DNA of 64,000 bases from Candidatus Uhrbacteria bacterium. GTDB taxonomy: Bacteria > Patescibacteriota > Patescibacteriia > UBA9934 > GWF2-40-263. Position numbers and translations under genes: made by a program. The DNA lies in contig JAERTI010000055.1 of assembly GCA_016844925.1 (NCBI GenBank), positions 1,459 through 65,458 of the forward strand, written 5' to 3'. Every line of letters begins with the position of its first letter. Position 1 is the first letter of the stretch. The notes beneath the pieces were generated by a model. That model saw nothing but the letters and a program-made list of their open reading frames with translations, searched no databases and was not told where the DNA came from. This document shows, in pieces, positions 37,446-47,146 of the stretch.

Positions 37446-38000
37446 CTACTTCCCAAACGTTCCCTCCACCAAATGCTCACCTGGGTCAGCGCTCCCCTCA
37501 AACTGGTTCACCGTAATCACCAGATCTGTATAGGCAAAGTAATCCTCGTTGTCTGGCGCGTCCCATTCCAAAACGAACTCTCCATCATCGTTGGTCAACA
37601 TCTGACCGGCAGAGAAAAAGTCGTACGGGATCTTACGTACCATCCATACCTGGTAGTAATGAATCTCCCGGTCGATGTCTGGCAGTAGTGTATTGATCTC
37701 AAGATAGTACTGTCCGTCTTTGTCACCACGCTCTGCCTTTCCAAGTTCTTCTCCTGTACTCACCCAGCGCAACACGGCCTCACGTGCCTCTGTATCGATC
37801 GCTCCGTTGATGATTGCCTGTGAGATTGGGTCTGGTGTAAGAATGTTCACGATGGAATCGACTTCTGCCTCCTCTTGAGGTGGCTCAGAGCGAAACCATG
37901 TCACTGCCAAAACAAATACTCCAAACAATACCAATACGATCAATACGGTCCCAAGCGTAGACCCTAGTCGAAGTTTCTTTTTTTGTTGCCCGTACACCAT
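37446..38000 (-). CDS. Membrane-anchored hypothetical protein (RskA C-domain-like)
   Basis: TM; LPD....YQVW....G; VITVN...P..H.VEG.F. Confidence 0.6.
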   Translation of the reverse strand: MVYGQQKKKLRLGSTLGTVLIVLVLFGVFVLAVTWFRSEPPQEEAEVDSIVNILTPDPISQAIINGAIDTEAREAVLRWVSTGEELGKAERGDKDGQYYLEINTLLPDIDREIHYYQVWMVRKIPYDFFSAGQMLTNDDGEFVLEWDAPDNEDYFAYTDLVITVNQFEGSADPGEHLVEGTFGK

Positions 38001-38002
38001 AG

Positions 38003-39145
38003 CTAAGCCGCACGCTTTACAGCCTCGGCAACAACATCTGCCACTCCTTCATCAAACGGAGACGGAAGGATCTTGTGCACCGTTGGCTCTGGCACCATTT
38101 TTGAAAGTGCCGATGCTGCAGCTACCCGCATGGCAGGTGTAATTGTTTGTATCCGGGCCTCAAGTGCTCCTTTGAATATTCCAGGAAATGCCAGCACGTT
38201 ATTCACCTGATTCGGAAAATCGGATCGCCCCGTTGCCACCACCGCCGCTCCAGCCGCTTCGGCAACGTCAGGCATAATCTCAGGTACAGGATTTGAAAGC
38301 GCAAAAATAATCGGCTGTGCCGCCATGGACCGCACCATCTCTTCATCAACAAGCCCTGGCTGACTCACGCCAATAAAGACATCCGCCCCTTTAAGAGCCT
38401 CCGCCAATGTTCCCGTTCTGCCTTCTGGATTGATATGCGCCGCCAACTCATCCTTATATGGATTCATGCCCCCGCGCCCAACAGCAATCATGCCGCGGGA
38501 ATCCACCATGGCCATGTGCTTGAGCCCTGCATCGAACAATAAGTTTGCAATTCCCATACCACCGGCACCAGCACCGGCCACCACCACACAGACATCCTCA
38601 ATCTTCTTCCCCACAACCTTCAACGCATTCATGAGGCCAGCGAGTACCACGATAGCCGTCCCATGCTGATCATCGTGCATTACAGGAATGTTGAGCTCTT
38701 CCTCGAGCCGACGCTCTATTTCAAAACAACGTGGAGCAGAGATGTCCTCGAGATTGATCCCCCCGAAGCCGGGAGCGATCCACTTCACCGCCTGAACAAT
38801 CTCATCAACATCCTGCGTGTCCAGACAAATCGGATACGCATCAACGTTTGCAAAATGTTTAAACAAAATCGCTTTCCCCTCCATAACGGGCAACCCCGCC
38901 TCAGGGCCAATATTCCCTAAGCCTAATACCGCAGACCCATCCGTAACCACAGCCACAGACCGTCCCTTAATCGTCAGATCCCACGCCTGAGACTGATCCG
39001 CTGCAATCAACCGACACGGCTCAGCCACGCCAGGGGTGTAGGCAATAGATAAGTCATCACTGTTCTCCATTGGAAACGTCGACTGGATTTCCAGCTTCCC
39101 CTGCTTCTTCCGATGAAGATCGGCGGATTGATCTGCGTAGCTCAT
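38003..39145 (-). CDS. NAD(P)-dependent malic enzyme
   Basis: YTPGVAEPC, DGSAVLGLG, PVMEGK, NLEDI, HDDQHGT, LSNPVPEI, NQVNNVLAFPG. Confidence 0.93.
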   Translation of the reverse strand: MSYADQSADLHRKKQGKLEIQSTFPMENSDDLSIAYTPGVAEPCRLIAADQSQAWDLTIKGRSVAVVTDGSAVLGLGNIGPEAGLPVMEGKAILFKHFANVDAYPICLDTQDVDEIVQAVKWIAPGFGGINLEDISAPRCFEIERRLEEELNIPVMHDDQHGTAIVVLAGLMNALKVVGKKIEDVCVVVAGAGAGGMGIANLLFDAGLKHMAMVDSRGMIAVGRGGMNPYKDELAAHINPEGRTGTLAEALKGADVFIGVSQPGLVDEEMVRSMAAQPIIFALSNPVPEIMPDVAEAAGAAVVATGRSDFPNQVNNVLAFPGIFKGALEARIQTITPAMRVAAASALSKMVPEPTVHKILPSPFDEGVADVVAEAVKRAA

Positions 39146-41238
39146 AAGTCGTTTACATCTCTTAGAAAGCTCATGCCACTAATATCTTTTTTCACACGCT
39201 CCCCCATTTCATCGAGCACGATCGTGGGGCCGTCATCACTACGATCATTCCAACGAGAGCGACTCGGTGATGCGCTGTAGGCCGCCTTCAGTCGGACTTC
39301 TTCCAGAAGACCTGTTGGAAGCTCCTGCAAAAACTGTGAGGGCTGGCTTATCATGAGCGTATCATAGCCGGCAGTGATGGGATATGTGTAAAACAAGTGC
39401 TTTCGTGCGCGCGTGGTCGCTACGTAAAACAAGCGACGTTCCTCCTCAAGTCCGCCTTTCTCCTCCAGCGCACGACCGATTGGAAACTTCCCGTCGATCA
39501 GATGCATCACAAACACCGCATCCCACTCAAGTCCCTTGGCCTGGTGAATCGTTGAAAGAACCATCTTCTCATCATCCTCTCGTCCACCTTGCTCACGTAC
39601 AGATCCATAATCCGCACTTAACGAAACTTCGTCTAGGAACGTCGTGAGACTCTTATATCCCTCAGCAAACAACGCGAACTGTTCCAGATCGTCTAGACGA
39701 TCCATAAAATCTGGATACTCAGCCTCGACGTAATCCCGGTAGTCACCCCCGGTCACCGCTCGGATCAAATCTGCCGGGAGCTCTTCAGCTGACATCTTTG
39801 TGAGCGTACGCACAAGCATGGCCCAACTGGCCTGTGCCCTCTTAGGCACTTTAATCTCTCGGGTCAGCACATCCTGCAGAGCTTCTATGTCTCGTATTTG
39901 TCCGATAATTTTTTGTGCGGTCACGATACCGATCCCGTTCATGAGCCCGAGCACACGCATCCATGCCATCTCATCACGTGGATTCTGCTTAATGCGCAAG
40001 TGCGCCACGATGTCTTTTACGTGAGCACGCTCAAAAAACTTCAGACCGCCGCGATACTCATATGGGATATCACGCTTCATGAGCTCGAACTCGAGCGTCT
40101 GTGAATGAAAGGCTGCGCGGAACAAGACCGCGATCTCATTAAGAGGAACACCCTCATCTCGCAGCGCCAGAATACGCTGAGCAATAAACTGCGCCTCTTG
40201 AGAACTATTCGATGCCGGCACAAGATTCGGTCGCTCCATCTCACCGCGCACAGCCGTCAGTTCTTTTTTAAACTGATCTTTATTTTGTGTAATCGATGCA
40301 TTCGCCACAGCCAAAATATCTGGTGTAGATCGATAGTTGGTCGTGAGCCGAAATGTCTTTGTCTGATCGTACGTCTGTGGGAAGCCAAGAATATTCCTGA
40401 TCTCAGCTGCGCGGAACGAATAAATCGACTGAGCATCATCCCCCACGACCAAAATGTTTCCATGCTCGGATGCCAGCTGCCTGACAATCTCTGCCTGCAC
40501 AACGTTCGTGTCCTGGTACTCGTCGACCAAGATAAACTCAAACTGTTGTGCGAGCTTACGCCGCACCCCCTCATGGCTCTGCAAGAGCTTCCGCAGGTTG
40601 AGAAGCAAGTCGTCAAAGTCCATGCTGTCCGCCTCCCGCTTACGTACCTGGTACAGCTCGCCAATTCGTTCGATGATCGGCGCAATCTCTGTGAATGACG
40701 GATACTTCTGTTCAATCACTTGAGGAATCGTCTTCCCAGAGTTCATGCCGTAGCTAATCATGCCATGCAGCTTTGCTGGTGAAGGAAATCGCCGTGCACT
40801 CGTGTCGACGTTCAATGCCTTGATACAGACCTTCACCAAACTCTTTGCGTCCTCCTGATCTAGAATCGTAAAGCTTGGTGAGTAGCCAAGCTCACGGCCA
40901 TAGATACGAAGCAGACGATTCGCGATCGAGTGAAATGTCCCTCCCCAGAGCCCGACTGGGTAGCGTCCCAGGAGACCTTCGACTCGAGAGAGCATTTCTT
41001 TTGCTGCCTTGTTCGTAAACGTAACGAGCAGGATGTTGTCCGCACTCACGCCACGCTCAAGAAGATACGCCACACGATAGGTAATTGTCCGGGTCTTTCC
41101 AGATCCAGCTCCGGCGAGCACCAGGGCAGGGCCATCTCCATGAAGCACCACATCCAGCTGCTCAGGGTTTAATTCTGCTTTAAAATCAATCGTTGAGCGC
41201 GAAAGATCAAAGTCATCTTGTAAAACAAATTCTTTCAT
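39142..41238 (-). CDS. UvrD/PcrA-family DNA helicase
   Basis: AGAGSGKT, TFTNKAA, VDEYQDTN, VGDDAQSIYSFR, NYRS, TIHQAKGLE, EERRLFYVA. Confidence 0.93.
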   Translation of the reverse strand: MKEFVLQDDFDLSRSTIDFKAELNPEQLDVVLHGDGPALVLAGAGSGKTRTITYRVAYLLERGVSADNILLVTFTNKAAKEMLSRVEGLLGRYPVGLWGGTFHSIANRLLRIYGRELGYSPSFTILDQEDAKSLVKVCIKALNVDTSARRFPSPAKLHGMISYGMNSGKTIPQVIEQKYPSFTEIAPIIERIGELYQVRKREADSMDFDDLLLNLRKLLQSHEGVRRKLAQQFEFILVDEYQDTNVVQAEIVRQLASEHGNILVVGDDAQSIYSFRAAEIRNILGFPQTYDQTKTFRLTTNYRSTPDILAVANASITQNKDQFKKELTAVRGEMERPNLVPASNSSQEAQFIAQRILALRDEGVPLNEIAVLFRAAFHSQTLEFELMKRDIPYEYRGGLKFFERAHVKDIVAHLRIKQNPRDEMAWMRVLGLMNGIGIVTAQKIIGQIRDIEALQDVLTREIKVPKRAQASWAMLVRTLTKMSAEELPADLIRAVTGGDYRDYVEAEYPDFMDRLDDLEQFALFAEGYKSLTTFLDEVSLSADYGSVREQGGREDDEKMVLSTIHQAKGLEWDAVFVMHLIDGKFPIGRALEEKGGLEEERRLFYVATTRARKHLFYTYPITAGYDTLMISQPSQFLQELPTGLLEEVRLKAAYSASPSRSRWNDRSDDGPTIVLDEMGERVKKDISGMSFLRDVNDL

Positions 41239-41261
41239 AACGGGGCCATAGTATCATACGA

Positions 41262-41291
41262 GTCAAAAGAAAAAGACCCTCGTCAAGGGTC
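41262..41291 (-). repeat. Cassette-boundary element variant (terminator)
   Basis: Minus: GACCCT-tgacg-AGGGTC-TTTTTC-TTTTGAC, identical to 26907-26938 except the loop. Confidence 0.8.
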
Positions 41292-41303
41292 TCGTGTGTG
41301 CAC

Positions 41304-42689
41304 CTAGAGCGGTGCGCAGGCCTTACGGAGCTCGTCCGTCATGCCCTCAAGGTCAGGCCCTCCGTCTGAGAGCTTGCGCATGAGATGCACGTCCGCCAGG
41401 TGAACGTGAGGGAACACGCTGGCACGGACCTTTCGTGCGAACCCGTCGTCCAGGAACGCCCTGGTCTCGGGAACCCGACGCGTGAGGCGTCGGTGGATGG
41501 CACGCAGATCATCATGCCAGGCGATCTGGCGAGAGTCGGCGACATCCTCTCTGCGATCGATGAGAATGGCCGCTTGCAGCAGAAGCTCTTCGAGCTGCCA
41601 GTGCAGATCTCGCAGCACCATGCCGTGGTAGCTCTGCATCAGCACGTCGCGTGAGCGGAGCATCACTGCGGCGGCAGCGTCTGCCCCCTCGCTTTTGGCC
41701 ACGTCAGCAGCCTCGCGCATGATCGCGGCAGCTTGGCGCATATTGCGCACGGAGTGCCGGAGCGACCGCACGAACGGCCGGGTCACGATCTGCTCGAGCT
41801 GACGTGCGTACTGCTCGAGTCGATCCGCCTCACGGCGGACCGTTGCGGTCGAGCGTACAGCTCCGTCGCCACCTGAGCGTCCACGCACCGGCAGCAGACG
41901 ATCATCGCCGAACAGCACCCTGGACTGCAGCCGGTGCAGCTGTGAGTTGCCGATCTGTCGACAGATGATGCGCAGGCGGTCGATGTAGACCTCCAGCACC
42001 ACCTCGCGGAAACTGATACGACGCGTGATGCCTCGCACCGTCTGGATCCGCTCAGCGAGATCCTTCTGCCCAGCGAAGATGATGAGCGGAATGCGCCCCG
42101 GGTTGAACCGGCCCAAGGAGTCCTTGAGCTTGCCAGCCTGGATCGCACGCGCCAGCGCTGCCACCTTGTTCTCGTCGATGACGCGACCATGAGCATCCAG
42201 CAGCGCAGCGGCCACCAGGACGTACTCTTCACGCCCATCTTCCTCCAGGAGATGAAGCGTCCAGGACGTCTTGACCATCCAGTCGAAGGTCTCGTCCCAG
42301 CTCGCGAGAGCCGGAAGCTCGACGTGCTTGCCACGCGTTTGCGCATGCGCCATCCCGCGGCGCGCCTTGTAGACGCTCTCGTACGAGATGAAACACTGCT
42401 GCGCGTAGGTCACCTTCTCTACGCCATTGAGGCGCTCGGACACCCTGAGGTTCCGAGAGAGAATGCGACCGGGCTCCAGCTCCTTGATGCCCTTGAGGGC
42501 CTCGATGCTGTGCGCCGGCACCTCGTAGAGGCAGTGCGGCACGAGCTCGATCAGAGCGAAGTCCTTCACCTCGAGCGGCGGCGGCTTCTTGCCCTTGCTG
42601 GGCCTCTTGCGCAGAAGCTTGAAGCTGCGCTTGATGACGACCAGGTTGAGTGGATCCGGCCACTCGAACGGGTCACGGTAATGAGCCAC
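41304..42689 (-). CDS. Hypothetical Arg-rich helical protein (cassette)
   Basis: 461-aa GC3-rich ORF; SD GAGGAG plus GTG; promoter TTGACA(42765)-N17-TATTTT. Confidence 0.75.
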   Translation of the reverse strand: MAHYRDPFEWPDPLNLVVIKRSFKLLRKRPSKGKKPPPLEVKDFALIELVPHCLYEVPAHSIEALKGIKELEPGRILSRNLRVSERLNGVEKVTYAQQCFISYESVYKARRGMAHAQTRGKHVELPALASWDETFDWMVKTSWTLHLLEEDGREEYVLVAAALLDAHGRVIDENKVAALARAIQAGKLKDSLGRFNPGRIPLIIFAGQKDLAERIQTVRGITRRISFREVVLEVYIDRLRIICRQIGNSQLHRLQSRVLFGDDRLLPVRGRSGGDGAVRSTATVRREADRLEQYARQLEQIVTRPFVRSLRHSVRNMRQAAAIMREAADVAKSEGADAAAAVMLRSRDVLMQSYHGMVLRDLHWQLEELLLQAAILIDRREDVADSRQIAWHDDLRAIHRRLTRRVPETRAFLDDGFARKVRASVFPHVHLADVHLMRKLSDGGPDLEGMTDELRKACAPL

Positions 42690-42804
42690 GATTCATCTCC
42701 TCTGTATCTGTAGAATTCTCGGTGAATCGGCACTATAAAATAATAAAAAAACCCCTGAATGTCAATCCAGAAGCCTTCTTTTTTTAACAACGACGTACCC
42801 TTAC

Positions 42805-43827
42805 CTACTTAAGGTATCGATACTTGTTATCAATGTGCTGATCAAATGTTGCGGAGTAAATCGCCACTCCCTCAGGAGTCGTCAAGAAGTACAAATACTC
42901 AGAATCTTGTGGGTTCAGCACGGCATTGATCGCATTCATACCAGGGTTACTGATGGGCCCTGGTGGCAATCCAAGATTCTTATACGTATTGTAAGGCGAG
43001 TTCACCCGAGAGTCCTCGAGGGTGACACCAGGATCATTCTTTCCTGTGATGTAGTTCACCGTCGAGTCGGCCTGCAGGGCCATCCCAATTCTCAGGCGGC
43101 TAAAGAAGATCCCTGCCACAAGAGCCATATCCTCAGGATCACGCACCTCACGTTCAACGATGGACGCGAGCGTGATCACCTCATGAAGCGTCATACCATT
43201 TTCAAACACGAGCGTATCAGGAATCACGATATTGTTTTCAGCCATGCGACGCTTGAGTGTGAGCACCATGGTGTCCGCAACTGTCTCAGCATTTGCTCCT
43301 TCGGCAAAACGATAGGTGTCAGGAAACAAGTACCCCTCAAGACCCTGCCCCTGTGGAATACCACCAAGCACATCCGTCGAGGTAAGCATCCACTTACCAT
43401 TCTCCCCGCTCACTGTTGCCCACTCTTCATCCGTCACCTGTGCAAGAGCCTCGACAACTGTTTCTCCAATCTGCGCACGTGTATACCCCTCAGGAATCGT
43501 GACCTCAACTTCATTGGCTTCTGCAAACGCCAGCTCTGAGACCACCGAGGAGAGACTCATGCCTGGCGTTAGTTCAAAGCTCCCCGCCTGAAGTGTTGCG
43601 TTATTCAGCTTGACGTAAACTTTGAAAAACAATGGACTCGTAATGAGCTCCGCCTCCTGAAGCGCTGCGCCAATAGTCTCGACAGAAGCACCTGCCTCGA
43701 CATCAAACGCCACCGCCTCAGCGTCAGCAGCGGGACTTATCATGTACGCATCGTACAAATACGACCCGCCCATGAGGCTTCCAAGCACTAAACAGATTCC
43801 CAGGAATAAAAGAATAGCTCGAATCAT
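42805..43827 (-). CDS. mltG: Endolytic transglycosylase MltG
   Basis: TIPEG, LEGYLFPDTY, LASIVERE, LQAD, SPYNTY..GLPPGPISNPG. Confidence 0.95.
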   Translation of the reverse strand: MIRAILLFLGICLVLGSLMGGSYLYDAYMISPAADAEAVAFDVEAGASVETIGAALQEAELITSPLFFKVYVKLNNATLQAGSFELTPGMSLSSVVSELAFAEANEVEVTIPEGYTRAQIGETVVEALAQVTDEEWATVSGENGKWMLTSTDVLGGIPQGQGLEGYLFPDTYRFAEGANAETVADTMVLTLKRRMAENNIVIPDTLVFENGMTLHEVITLASIVEREVRDPEDMALVAGIFFSRLRIGMALQADSTVNYITGKNDPGVTLEDSRVNSPYNTYKNLGLPPGPISNPGMNAINAVLNPQDSEYLYFLTTPEGVAIYSATFDQHIDNKYRYLK

Positions 43828-43829
43828 AC

Positions 43830-44315
43830 TTATGCCCCATGGCAGTCAACGTATTTTTTTTCTGCTCCGCAAAAACACTCTCGATCTGATCGGTCCTCTG
43901 CTGTAAGCCAAGAGCTCGACTGCACCTTCCCTCCCCGACCAATGTTAAAGACCGTTTGAATATTCATCTCCTTAGCTAAGATCGCCTCTGGAATATTATC
44001 AGCAAACCGGTCACCGCCATTGGCAAAGACGTGTGGCTGAATCTCCCGAAGCGCATCACACACGCTCATATCCTCACAATCAGGCTCATGACCAGTCAAC
44101 ACAACACGTGCCACGCCCGCCATCGCCTCAATAATCTCTTTACGTTGCTCTTGAGGCATGAACACATACCCCTTCTTTTTTGTGAGCCAGTTGTCATTGT
44201 TAATAATCACAACCAACTCGTCTCCAAGCGCGGCCGCTTCTTGAATCATTCGAACATGACCCACATGAATAGGATCGAACCCACCTGAAACTGTGACAAT
44301 AATGTTCTCTGACAT
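43830..44315 (-). CDS. Cytidylyltransferase-like (HIGH) protein with C-terminal SEC-C-like motif
   Basis: SGGFDPIHVGH, FANGGDR, KVQSSS; CFCGAEKKYVDCHG. Confidence 0.85.
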   Translation of the reverse strand: MSENIIVTVSGGFDPIHVGHVRMIQEAAALGDELVVIINNDNWLTKKKGYVFMPQEQRKEIIEAMAGVARVVLTGHEPDCEDMSVCDALREIQPHVFANGGDRFADNIPEAILAKEMNIQTVFNIGRGGKVQSSSWLTAEDRSDRECFCGAEKKYVDCHGA

Positions 44316-44320
44316 AACGT

Positions 44321-44860
44321 CTAGATAAATAGATGGTCAAATTTTGTAAGCGTTATCAATGAAAGTATCAGCGGAAACGCCGCTCCACCAACAAGGCCGA
44401 TGAGCATACCAACCAGAACATCGGATACATAATGTACACCAACAGCCACGCGCCCAAAAGCCACAATGACAGCACCTACCAAAAACCAGGCAAAAAACTC
44501 GCCCACCAGAACTTGCGACATCAGCGCCAGACAAAACACAAACGTTGCATGAGATGAAGGAAAGGACCTAGTCTCGATGAAAGGCTTAATCGTTGGCTGG
44601 TACCCCTGCTTGGCATACGGCCGCTCTCTTTGCACAAAACGAGAGATCAGAGCCGTTACAAGCCAAGGTAAAAACAAACCCATCCCGATAACTAACGCTA
44701 GAAGAATTGGACTCCGCTGGTTCAAAAGGGTCATGCCGTAAACAACACCAATCATGAGCCAAATCAAATCGTCAGCACAAAATACCGCCAGATGCCTGAG
44801 TACCCACGAGCGTTTCGTGAACTCATGAATAGATCGAGATAGTTTTTGATCAACACTCAT
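44321..44860 (-). CDS. PAP2 phosphatase (undecaprenyl-PP phosphatase-like)
   Basis: RERP, SFPSSH, GRVAVGVHYVSDV. Confidence 0.88.
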   Translation of the reverse strand: MSVDQKLSRSIHEFTKRSWVLRHLAVFCADDLIWLMIGVVYGMTLLNQRSPILLALVIGMGLFLPWLVTALISRFVQRERPYAKQGYQPTIKPFIETRSFPSSHATFVFCLALMSQVLVGEFFAWFLVGAVIVAFGRVAVGVHYVSDVLVGMLIGLVGGAAFPLILSLITLTKFDHLFI

Positions 44861-45564
44861 ACCGCTTGTTCTCTTAACGCTTCAAGAATAGTTTCGCGAC
44901 GTTCGATGTCTTCCAGAATCGCCTCTGCATTTTTTGGAGGCTCCAAGTTCTTCTCTTTAAATGCGCATTGGTCTGCCACCGGACATGCCCAGCAACGCGG
45001 CTTGCGAATACACAGATACCGCCCATGTTTCACGAAGACCTGATTCACTGTCTTCTTACTTTTGTCTGGAATGATTTTCAAAAGAGCCTCTTCTGTCTTC
45101 TCCGGTGTCTTGGCCTTCACCCAGCCAAGACGATTTGTGACGCGGTGCACGTGCGTATCAACCGCAATGGCTGGTGTGTTGAATGAGGCGACCAGCACGA
45201 CTGACGCCGTCTTGCGACCAACGCCCGCGAGCGACACGAGCTTTTCCATCGTCTGCGGAATTTCTCCACCGAACTTCTCAACCACGTCCGTCGCCATCGA
45301 CTTAAGGTTCTTCGCCTTCTGTCTGAACATCCCTATCGTGTTGATCTTGCTCTCAATCTTATCGACGGGCGCGGCTGCCAACTTCTCTGGAGTCGGGAAC
45401 GCTTTAAAAAACCCTGGCATCAACTTGAGCACCTGTTCATCCCGCGTCCTTGCAGACAACAATACCCCCACAAGATTCTGATACGGATTCCCAATCTCCA
45501 TCGCCCCAGGGTTGGGCCAACGTTTCTTGAGTGTCTTCAACATCGCAATAAGATCGTTTGTCAT
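44857..45564 (-). CDS. nth: Endonuclease III
   Basis: LLSARTRD, LAGVGRKTA, AVDTHVHR, C-RKPRC..C.....C Fe-S motif. Confidence 0.93.
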   Translation of the reverse strand: MTNDLIAMLKTLKKRWPNPGAMEIGNPYQNLVGVLLSARTRDEQVLKLMPGFFKAFPTPEKLAAAPVDKIESKINTIGMFRQKAKNLKSMATDVVEKFGGEIPQTMEKLVSLAGVGRKTASVVLVASFNTPAIAVDTHVHRVTNRLGWVKAKTPEKTEEALLKIIPDKSKKTVNQVFVKHGRYLCIRKPRCWACPVADQCAFKEKNLEPPKNAEAILEDIERRETILEALREQAV

Positions 45565-45565
45565 G

Positions 45566-47143
45566 CTACATGAGGGGCTGCCCTGTCATCTCTGGGGGCT
45601 GCGGGATTCCCATCTGAGAGAGAATCGTTGGTGCCACATCAGCCAACATTCCTACCGCCGGCATAAGCGACGGATCCCCCTCAGGTACCTCTCCTGCAAT
45701 GGACGGCTGCCCCTGTAGACGATTAGAAATAATCAAAAATGGAACAGGATTCGTGGCGTGCTCCTTGTTAATGTCTCCCGTTCGCAGGTTCATGAGCTCC
45801 TCCGCGTTTCCATGATCGGCCGTGATAAATACCTGACCGTCGCGAGCAAGGGTCTCTTCGACAATTTTTCCAAGCGCACTATCAACAGCCTCCACCCCCT
45901 TCTTTGCCGCCTCAAGATCCCCCGTATGCCCCACCATGTCGGGATTCGCAAAGTTCATGACAATAAAGTCATACTTATTCTCACGCATCTCTTGGACAAC
46001 ACGATCGGCGATCGCTTTCGCACTCATCTCCGGCGCCTCGTTATACGAAGCCACTTTCGGCGACGGGATGATCACACGATCCTCACCTGGGAACGGCTTC
46101 TCTTTTGTTCCATTCAAAAAGAATGTTACGTGCGCATACTTCTCGGTCTCAGCGATGTGCAACTGTGTCAGCCCAGCATCAGAAATCACTTCACCTAGGC
46201 ACTTCTCGATTGTTTCTGGAGGAAATGCTATCTCAACTGGAAGCCCTTTCTCGTACTCAGCCATTGTGATTGGAAAAATGTTCTCAAGTTTGCGACGCTC
46301 AAACCCATCGAAGTCAGACATCACAAATGCTTTTGCCAGCTGTCGCATGCGATCCGGACGGAAGTTGAAAAAGACAACCGCATCATTATCCTGAATCGTT
46401 CCCACTGGTTCACCTCCTTTGGCAACCACCATTGGCGGGAACTCTTCGTCATAAACCTCTTTCTGGTAGGACGCCTTAATCGCCTCTAGTGGACTCTCCG
46501 TCTGCTCACCCTGCCCGAGCACCATCGCGTTGTAGGCCTTGCCTGTACGATCCCAACGATTATCTCGATCCATGGCGTAGTAACGTCCACTGAGTGATGC
46601 CACCTTTCCGATTCCCAACTCTTTCATCTTGGCGTCGAGCGTGGTGAAGAAATCAATTCCAACGTTATAAACCGTATCGCGACCATCTAAAATACCGTGC
46701 ACGAACACCTCCGTGACCCCCTGATCTTTTGCAAGCTTCAAAAGGGCGTGACAGTGCGCATCCATCGAGTGCACTCCCCCCTCGGAAATCATCCCAATGA
46801 GATGCAGGCGGCTCTTGTAATATTGCGCATGCTGAATGGCATGTAAGAATGCCTCATTTGAAAAAAACTCGCCCGAGTCGATCGCCCGGTTAATGCGAGG
46901 AAACATTTGGTAGTACACGCGCCCAGCACCAATCGCCAAGTGCCCCACCTCTGAGTTCCCCATCTCCCCCCATGAAAGCCCCACCTCTTCACCAGAGGCG
47001 CGCAGGGTCATGGTTGGGTAGGTGCGAACAAAACGATCGTAATTTGGTGTATTGGCGCGAGAAATCGCATTTCCATCTGAATCAGGAGCCACACCAAAGC
47101 CATCGATCACAATAAGAACCGTTGGTTTTTTGATATCAGCCAT
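45566..47143 (-). CDS. gpmI: 2,3-BPG-independent phosphoglycerate mutase
   Basis: DGFG, MGNSEVGH, DGRD, GRYYAMDRD, AETEKYAHVT, DMVGHTG, TADHGNAE. Confidence 0.96.
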   Translation of the reverse strand: MADIKKPTVLIVIDGFGVAPDSDGNAISRANTPNYDRFVRTYPTMTLRASGEEVGLSWGEMGNSEVGHLAIGAGRVYYQMFPRINRAIDSGEFFSNEAFLHAIQHAQYYKSRLHLIGMISEGGVHSMDAHCHALLKLAKDQGVTEVFVHGILDGRDTVYNVGIDFFTTLDAKMKELGIGKVASLSGRYYAMDRDNRWDRTGKAYNAMVLGQGEQTESPLEAIKASYQKEVYDEEFPPMVVAKGGEPVGTIQDNDAVVFFNFRPDRMRQLAKAFVMSDFDGFERRKLENIFPITMAEYEKGLPVEIAFPPETIEKCLGEVISDAGLTQLHIAETEKYAHVTFFLNGTKEKPFPGEDRVIIPSPKVASYNEAPEMSAKAIADRVVQEMRENKYDFIVMNFANPDMVGHTGDLEAAKKGVEAVDSALGKIVEETLARDGQVFITADHGNAEELMNLRTGDINKEHATNPVPFLIISNRLQGQPSIAGEVPEGDPSLMPAVGMLADVAPTILSQMGIPQPPEMTGQPLM

Positions 47144-47146
47144 AGC

